From Phycisphaeraceae bacterium (GTDB lineage: Bacteria; Planctomycetota; Phycisphaerae; Phycisphaerales; Phycisphaeraceae), in NCBI GenBank assembly GCA_963674705.1, contig OY771506.1, positions 3,776,001 through 3,840,000 on the forward strand: a stretch of 64,000 bases of DNA, in the 5' to 3' direction. Each line of letters begins with the position of its first letter. Positions within the stretch are counted from its first letter, which is position 1. This document shows, in pieces, positions 57,980-64,000 of this stretch. The notes beneath the pieces were generated by a model that worked only from the letters and a program-made list of their open reading frames with translations, was not told the origin of the DNA and made no database searches. A program made the position numbers and the translations under genes.

Positions 57980-58072
57980 CCCACGCCCTCCAACTATGAT
58001 CAAACAAACGATATGTAAGCTTCTGAACTATATGTAATCTACCAGCTTGCTGGCAGTGTTATCAAGTATGTA

Positions 58073-58552
58073 CTAATACGAGAATGCGTGTTCAATATAA
58101 AACACGTAATCACTGCCTTCTTCTGAAACAGTCATCCAGGTATAGAAGTCCTTCTGGGCGTTCTCATAAAGATTTTCAGCGATGACCCGACGCGGCGCCC
58201 ACCACTTTAAGCCTGCCCCGGGAGGTGGTGATACTTCAAATGAGGCGGTAGGCATAGCATTCAATTGCTGCACAAGTGGCTGGCCTGCCTGTGCCGGGAC
58301 GGCTACCCTAATATCCCAGCCGGGATCGACATTAAACCAGATGTTCTGATGTGTGATGGATGCAGTGTTCGGAAAGATTATTCCGGTTTGATTCCTGACT
58401 TCATCTAGACTGATTCGTGTTGCTGCGAAGTACAGGTATGCAACTAAACACACCGTCAATATTAATCCGGTTGCTATGTAGATAAGAATGCGTAATGAGA
58501 CACTTTTCGCCTTCTTATTCGCTTCATCTACATGAGAGATTGTCTGACTCAT
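58073..58552 (-). CDS. Hypothetical membrane-anchored protein
   Basis: 159-aa ORF with N-terminal TM helix; AT-rich; fills the gap between genes. Confidence 0.6.
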   Translation of the reverse strand: MSQTISHVDEANKKAKSVSLRILIYIATGLILTVCLVAYLYFAATRISLDEVRNQTGIIFPNTASITHQNIWFNVDPGWDIRVAVPAQAGQPLVQQLNAMPTASFEVSPPPGAGLKWWAPRRVIAENLYENAQKDFYTWMTVSEEGSDYVFYIEHAFSY

Positions 58553-58606
58553 TATTACCCGCCCGGATAGAATAGCGCATTAATCAGTAGAACGACAATT
58601 ACATTT

Positions 58607-58643
58607 GGCCCTCACTCCGGCCCTCTCCCAGGGGGAGAGGGGG
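58607..58643. repeat. Solo CCCTCTCCC-N3-GGGAGAGGG element
   Basis: ggccctcactccggccctctcccagggggagaggggg. Confidence 0.7.
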
Positions 58644-58668
58644 TAAAACATCTAGACTATCAAGACAT

Positions 58669-60381
58669 TTACAACGGCCAGAGATAATCCGGTGTGTAGT
58701 TTTCTTCGCCCGGCAGCGACAGGGGTTTGCCGCCTTCGGCGTGGGATTTTTCGGCTAGTTCGAAGATGCCGATGGTGCGTCTGGCCTGGTCGGCGGTGAC
58801 GATCAGGGGTTCGTCCATGATCAGGTGGTTGGCGACGTTCTGGTAGTAGCTGTGCCAGTTGGATTGCCAGGGGTCGAGTTTGGCTTCGCGTTTCGAGCCG
58901 TCTTTTTGCTGTACGAGAGTGACGGGGCCGCCGGGGCCGTCGTTGCGCAGGCCGCCGGTCGTGCCGAGGATGCGCCAGCCGGCACGGGGGATCGCGGCGA
59001 GCGTGCCTTGCTCGATTGTTGCGGTGATGCCGCCTTCGAAGCGGATGTTGACCAGCGCGTAATCTTCGTTGCTCGTGTTGTGCCAGACATGTTTGTGCAG
59101 ACAGCCCGAGACGCTTTCGATGCGGCGGGGGATGAAGTTGAGCAGCCAGTCGACGTAGTGCGCGCCCCAGTCGTAGAGCACACCGCCGGAGATCGGCTTG
59201 CTGGCACGCCACCAGTTATTCGGTTGATGCCAACCCGCGCTCGCTGCATCAGCGTGGTAGATATCACCGATCTCGCCGGCCCGCACGAGCTTGAGCATCT
59301 GCTGGAAGTCGCCATCCCACCGCCGATTGTGGAAGCACGACAGCATCGTCCCCGCTTCTTCTGCAGCGGCGATCATTGCGTCCGCTTCTTCAAGCGTGAT
59401 ACAGAAGGGTTTCTCCGTCACAACGTGCTTGCCCGCTTTGCTCGCAGCGATGCACACCTCGGCATGGATGTTGTGTGGCAGAATAATAATGACCAGGTCG
59501 ACCTTATCATCCTTTAGCAAATCCTGGTACTTCGTATACGTGCTGATGTGATCGCCAAGCTCGGTTTTCGCATGTTTGATGCGCTGCTGATCGACATCGC
59601 AGACGGCGACCGTCTTGCAGCCGGGTTGTTTGTTTAGCGCTTCACCGTGGATCTTACCCATACTGAACGCGCCGCCGTAGCCAATGATGCCGACGCCGAT
59701 GGTCTTGTCGAAAGTTTCGCCGCTGACGATGCGCAGGCAGCGTTCAGCCATGCGCAGGATATGCGGGCTGTTCATTGCTTGTGCCGAACCCCCGCAGGCA
59801 ATGTAAGCGAATGTGCCTTTACCGGCATCCTGAGTCAGACCAACAGGCGTATCCCGGCCGTCGATATGGCTGACCGCAAACACCGTCGCGCCTTCACTAG
59901 GCTCGATCGCCAGCAAGGTGTCCGCCACATTAAAATCATCACAGCGTAGCGCCGCGGCATGCCCCGCAGTTTTCGCTGCCTCTGCAAATCGCACCTTAAA
60001 ATCAAACACGATCGGCGAACGGCCCTTCACCGTCACTCCCATCAACTCCTTCAGCGACTTCTGCCGGGCAAGCAGATCGAGCGAGTCATGCATGACAACC
60101 AGCCCGCCGCCGCCTTGAACAAACTTCACCAATCCCTCGGCATGAGCATCAGGCAGCGCCTCGCCCTGGCCGGTCATGACGAGCACTGCATCGAAGTCGC
60201 TCTCCGCAAGATTCGCAAGCGCCGGTGCGCCGTTGTTTGTGATACTGACGACACTGACAGAAAACCGTCCGGTCGCTTCGAGTTTCTCAGCCCAGGACGC
60301 GGCAGCTTGCGCGGCGGGGGAGGTGCGTTCGGTACCGGTCAGCAGCAGGATATGGCGGGTAGCGCGTTCGGAAACTGGCAT
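58669..60381 (-). CDS. ThuA-like domain fused to a Gfo/Idh/MocA oxidoreductase
   Basis: FVQGGGGLVVMH N-terminal domain; GIIGYG, EKP, HNRRWDGDF, GGVLYDWGAH. Confidence 0.85.
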   Translation of the reverse strand: MPVSERATRHILLLTGTERTSPAAQAAASWAEKLEATGRFSVSVVSITNNGAPALANLAESDFDAVLVMTGQGEALPDAHAEGLVKFVQGGGGLVVMHDSLDLLARQKSLKELMGVTVKGRSPIVFDFKVRFAEAAKTAGHAAALRCDDFNVADTLLAIEPSEGATVFAVSHIDGRDTPVGLTQDAGKGTFAYIACGGSAQAMNSPHILRMAERCLRIVSGETFDKTIGVGIIGYGGAFSMGKIHGEALNKQPGCKTVAVCDVDQQRIKHAKTELGDHISTYTKYQDLLKDDKVDLVIIILPHNIHAEVCIAASKAGKHVVTEKPFCITLEEADAMIAAAEEAGTMLSCFHNRRWDGDFQQMLKLVRAGEIGDIYHADAASAGWHQPNNWWRASKPISGGVLYDWGAHYVDWLLNFIPRRIESVSGCLHKHVWHNTSNEDYALVNIRFEGGITATIEQGTLAAIPRAGWRILGTTGGLRNDGPGGPVTLVQQKDGSKREAKLDPWQSNWHSYYQNVANHLIMDEPLIVTADQARRTIGIFELAEKSHAEGGKPLSLPGEENYTPDYLWPL

Positions 60382-60495
60382 ATGCGGATCACTCCATAGG
60401 TGAAAGTCGTGTGTGATGGCTGACACGCAGCGTGGGCTGGTGTAAGCGGTTACAGATTGTCGCAGGTATCTGCCAGCTTTCAACTCGACCTGATG

Positions 60496-61128
60496 TCAGG
60501 CACTTTTCGAAGTTGAATCGAATGTCGGTGAGAGCTGGTGGATGGCCAGGCGGATGCCTTCCGGGTCGAGGCTGCCGGCCGACAGTCCCGCTTCATCGCA
60601 AGATCGAGGCATGCCGTAGACAGCACAGGATTCCTTGTTCTGCGTGTAGATGATCCCGCCGGATTGCACGATCCGGGTCGCGCCTATCAGGCCATCCTTG
60701 CCGATCCCGGTCATGACGATACCGAGGACGCGGCCGGGGAAAGCCACGTCGCAAGAATCGAACAGCTCATCCACGGACGGTTTGTACGGGAGGTTGGCGG
60801 GCTGATCGCTGATACGGATGCTCAGGCGTCCGCCGGCCGACTTGACGATCCGCATGTGCATCCGGCCCTTGCCGAGATACACCGTGCCCGGGAACACGGG
60901 TTGGCCATCCTCCGCTTCGACCACGGTCAAGGCGGATACCTGGTCCATCGTGACCGCCAGGTCATGTGTGAATCTGGGGGGAAGATGCTGCGCGATGAGG
61001 ATCGGGACCGGCAGGTCGGCGGGCAGGCCCGCGATGATATTCTGCACAAGATTGGGCGCCCCCGTGCTCGAGCCAATGGCTACAACAGCAAAACGGTTCG
61101 GCTCGAATTGCAGGGGTCTATCAGGCAT
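60496..61128 (-). CDS. cheB: Stand-alone CheB-type methylesterase domain
   Basis: IGSSTGAP, AQHLPP, YKPSVD, MTGIGKDG, VYGMP; no receiver domain. Confidence 0.88.
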   Translation of the reverse strand: MPDRPLQFEPNRFAVVAIGSSTGAPNLVQNIIAGLPADLPVPILIAQHLPPRFTHDLAVTMDQVSALTVVEAEDGQPVFPGTVYLGKGRMHMRIVKSAGGRLSIRISDQPANLPYKPSVDELFDSCDVAFPGRVLGIVMTGIGKDGLIGATRIVQSGGIIYTQNKESCAVYGMPRSCDEAGLSAGSLDPEGIRLAIHQLSPTFDSTSKSA

Positions 61129-61374
61129 CTCTCAGAATCATCATCGGGTTGCTCTATCCTCCTTAAGATCGGCCCGAATTTCCTATCAGTCCTGTCTATA
61201 ACTGGATTTGTGACAAAACCGGCCTGCATTCGTGGTTTTTTACTTGGCGCGACCCCACATTTGGCGTTATAGTTATCGGAGTGTCGTGAGTCATTTTTCG
61301 CGTCACCTCTTAGTTGCTGTTTCAGGTAAGGTCTAGTCTGACCGGCCATACAAAAAGGAATGATTAGCAGATAG

Positions 61375-61539
61375 TCTTGTGTTAAGATGCGGGGCGGATC
61401 GGAGGAAGTAGCCGCCGGGGTATTTGTGGAGCCCAGCTGAAGGGGATATCACCAGCCAGCCCGACAAACAACATCGAACACACCACTTGGATGGTCCAAG
61501 GCCGCCGCTTCCTGTTGGATACGGTGGCCTTTGGTTTTT
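61375..61539 (+). ncRNA. Candidate structured RNA (6S-like or attenuator leader); strand uncertain
   Basis: Nested complementary segments aggaagtagc/gccgcttcct, tttgt/acaaa, gctg/cagc, cttgga/tccaag; terminal hairpin aaggccgccg/cggtggcctt plus T-rich tail. Confidence 0.35.
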
Positions 61540-61624
61540 AGGATAGCTTTTCTCGATTTGTTGTTCCAGCCAGCCAGAGCATCATTCACAGAAGTCCCAC
61601 GCCAACTGCCATATCATGCTCGAT

Positions 61625-63022
61625 ATGCTGCATCAGGGGTATCAACTCACCTGGAACCTGGACCCATTGGAAGCGCTACGCCGTTGGCCTGAAGACCGAC
61701 GGCTGCTCATGCTGCATTCCGGTGGGGATGGCTCAGCCTGGTCTCGCTACTCGATCTTCACATCGGATGCTGGTGCGTATCGTTTCGGATTGGACGAAAA
61801 GGGCTGCGGAGTCAGCGAATGGCTGATGGGTAATGATGATGTTTACAGGCCCCGCTGCAACTGGTCGCACAAACCGCTGCGCGACCTGAACCGTGTGCTA
61901 GCCGATCGTGAATCCTTATGGGTCGGTTATCTGAGTTACGACATCGGCAGGTTTATCGAACGGCTGCCCAGTCGCGCGGCGATTGATCGTGATTGGCCGA
62001 TCGAGCAGATGCATCGCTGCCCCGGCTGGCTGGTATATGACAACCTGACGCAGCAATGGTCGGCCTGCGGTACGTGGCGACAAGGTGCAGCAGGGGGGAT
62101 GCCTGACCTGCCTGCCATGCAGGCACATGATTCACGCTTTATTGCTGATCAAGCGAAACCTTTCGTAGAGCGCCACGCCTTTGAGCGTGCAATAGCTCAA
62201 GCGCTCGACTACATCGCCGCCGGCGACATCTTCCAGGTCAATCTCACGCAACGCTTCACCGCCCAATGTCAGGGCGATCCCCGTAAGCTGTTTGATGTGC
62301 TCGCAACAAGATCGCCTGCCTGGTACGGGGCGTATCTGGAACTAGCTGATACGATTGATTTCTCTTCACATGACCAAACCAGGCGCACGATCGTCTGCAA
62401 TTCGCCGGAGTTGTTTTTCTCATTAGATGACCAAGGACGAGTTATTACACGGCCGATCAAAGGCACGCGGCCGGCTTCGGTCGACCCGCAGGTATTACTC
62501 GATAGCGAAAAGGACACCGCTGAACTGACCATGATCGTGGACCTCTTGCGTAACGATCTTGGCCGGGTGTGTGATTATGGCTCTGTGCGCGTCACCGAAC
62601 CCCGCGTGATCGAATCGCACCCGACGGTCCATCACACCGCCGCCACCATCGCAGGCATACTGCATCCCAGCATGAACCTTACGGACCTGCTGCGAGCCGT
62701 CATGCCGGGCGGATCGATCACCGGCGCACCGAAAGTCCGGGCGATGCAGATCATCGATGAACTCGAACCGGTCCGGCGCGGCCCATACACCGGGGCGATC
62801 GGTTACGTGCACGACGGCACAGCCTGCTTCAATATCGCGATCCGCACCATGCTCGTGCAGCAGGATGCGACCGGTCACGGCCAGGTGGACTACAACGTTG
62901 GCGGCGGGATCGTCTCCGACTCGGTCCCGGCGGATGAATATCAGGAAACACTGGACAAAGCCGCCGCCATGAACGCGGCGCTCTTAGCCTGCAAAAAACC
63001 TCAAACGGCAGAATCAGTCTGA
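61625..63022 (+). CDS. pabB: Aminodeoxychorismate synthase component I / anthranilate synthase component I family
   Basis: GYLSYD, GDIFQVN, SPELF, PIKGT, AELTMIVDLLRNDLG, PGGSITGAPK, NIAIRT; start 61625 or 61616. Confidence 0.85.
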   Translation: MLHQGYQLTWNLDPLEALRRWPEDRRLLMLHSGGDGSAWSRYSIFTSDAGAYRFGLDEKGCGVSEWLMGNDDVYRPRCNWSHKPLRDLNRVLADRESLWVGYLSYDIGRFIERLPSRAAIDRDWPIEQMHRCPGWLVYDNLTQQWSACGTWRQGAAGGMPDLPAMQAHDSRFIADQAKPFVERHAFERAIAQALDYIAAGDIFQVNLTQRFTAQCQGDPRKLFDVLATRSPAWYGAYLELADTIDFSSHDQTRRTIVCNSPELFFSLDDQGRVITRPIKGTRPASVDPQVLLDSEKDTAELTMIVDLLRNDLGRVCDYGSVRVTEPRVIESHPTVHHTAATIAGILHPSMNLTDLLRAVMPGGSITGAPKVRAMQIIDELEPVRRGPYTGAIGYVHDGTACFNIAIRTMLVQQDATGHGQVDYNVGGGIVSDSVPADEYQETLDKAAAMNAALLACKKPQTAESV

Positions 63023-63056
63023 GCCGTTTGAGGTTTGCTTTGTATACCAAACTGTC

Positions 63057-64000
63057 TTACGCAGCAGCACGTTCCTGTATCGCTTCATCACCGAAGTGCG
63101 TTCCCACACCACGCGCCGCACGCAGCAGCGGGTGGTCCGGCGGGATGGTACGCTGCTTGTTCGCAGCGGCGAGGATATCGGCATCCGTCACTTTGCCGTT
63201 CTGCATGACAATCAGGCGGTTGGGCCTGCCTTCAACCAAAGTCTTAAGCGCCGCGTAACCGAACTGCGTCGCAAGGACGCGGTCATCCGCCACGGGGGTG
63301 CCGCCGCGCTGCACGTGACCGAGCACGGTGTAACGGGTATCGATCCCCGTACGCTCTTCGATCTTATCTGCCACGTATTTTCCGACACCGCCGAGTTTGA
63401 TCGGATCGGGGCTGTTCGGATCGACCTTGGCGACAATCTTTTCACCATCGGACGGGGTCGCGCCTTCCGAGACCGCGATGATCGTAAAGCTCTTGCCGTA
63501 CCCCGAACGTTCTTCGACATAAGCACAGACCGAGTCGACGCTGAACGGGATCTCCGGCACGAGGATCACATCCGCGCCGGTAGCGACGCCCGAATGCAGT
63601 GCGATCCAGCCGGCGTTTCGGCCCATCAGTTCGACCACCATCGCCCGGTGATGGCTCGCGGCCGTCGTGCGGATGCGGTCCAGCGCATCGGTTGCGACGT
63701 GACATGCCGTGGCGAATCCGAACGTCAGGTCCGTGCCGTAAAGATCGTTGTCGATCGTCTTAGGCACGCCGACACAGTTGATGCCGTGCTGCACAAAGTT
63801 GGCGGCACCGCTCATCGTGCCGTCACCGCCGATCACGACCAGCGCGTCGATGTTGTGATGTTCGATGTGATCCAGGCAACGGTTGGTCACGTTGCGTTTC
63901 TCGACAACACCCTCACGGTTGCGCGTCGCATATTGCGAAGGATCGCACCTGTTGCACGAGCCCAGGATCGTCCCACCGGTTGATAGGATACCGCTGACCG
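63057..64000 (-). CDS. pfkA: 6-phosphofructokinase (PfkA family), 5' end outside the window
   Basis: GGTILG, IGGDGT, PKTIDND, ELMGR, VLGHVQRGG. Confidence 0.95.
   Translation of the reverse strand, partial: VSGILSTGGTILGSCNRCDPSQYATRNREGVVEKRNVTNRCLDHIEHHNIDALVVIGGDGTMSGAANFVQHGINCVGVPKTIDNDLYGTDLTFGFATACHVATDALDRIRTTAASHHRAMVVELMGRNAGWIALHSGVATGADVILVPEIPFSVDSVCAYVEERSGYGKSFTIIAVSEGATPSDGEKIVAKVDPNSPDPIKLGGVGKYVADKIEERTGIDTRYTVLGHVQRGGTPVADDRVLATQFGYAALKTLVEGRPNRLIVMQNGKVTDADILAAANKQRTIPPDHPLLRAARGVGTHFGDEAIQERAAA

Noticed and set aside
55909..58650. Prophage or integrative element at tRNA-Arg
   Set aside because: No integrase and no duplicated tRNA 3' end (att site) was seen.
61395..61415. 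SRP RNA or T-box leader
   Set aside because: Only a loose resemblance (ggaggaagtagc); the SRP GNRA-capped helix and the T-box GGTGGNACC antiterminator are not present.

Overview
High-GC bacterial chromosomal window, most likely Planctomycetota (Phycisphaerae-like). This is inferred from a PVC-type small basic protein, a DUF1559-like prepilin protein, a PEP-CTERM protein and a C-terminal CGYDLxG...CPECG zinc-ribbon protein. The left part (1-26 kb) and right end are mostly housekeeping genes (pheA, mscS, GH57, alaS, mqnE, acpS, birA, nadC, speA, tkt, pabB-like, pfkA, tRNA-Arg(UCG)). The centre (26.7-51 kb) holds two adjacent metabolic modules. The first is a variant of the ygeW/ygeY/yqeA/ssnA/ygfK/xdh anaerobic purine-degradation cluster, with a shortened YgfK, no recognisable ygeX or hyuA, and two fold-type II PLP enzymes. 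The second is a 7-gene operon: citryl-CoA-synthetase-like ATP-grasp pair, citryl-CoA lyase, degenerate HD protein, homoaconitase-like aconitase, beta-decarboxylating dehydrogenase and PrpD. It looks like a complete but unassigned tricarboxylate pathway and is the best candidate for an undescribed system. Other oddities: an in-frame low-GC insertion in alaS, an ASCH-B3-like fusion, several small inverted-repeat and heptamer elements, apparently leaderless genes, and a structured ncRNA candidate near 61.4 kb. No CRISPR array, transposase, integrase or rRNA was seen. All calls come from motif recognition by eye; no database searches were run.
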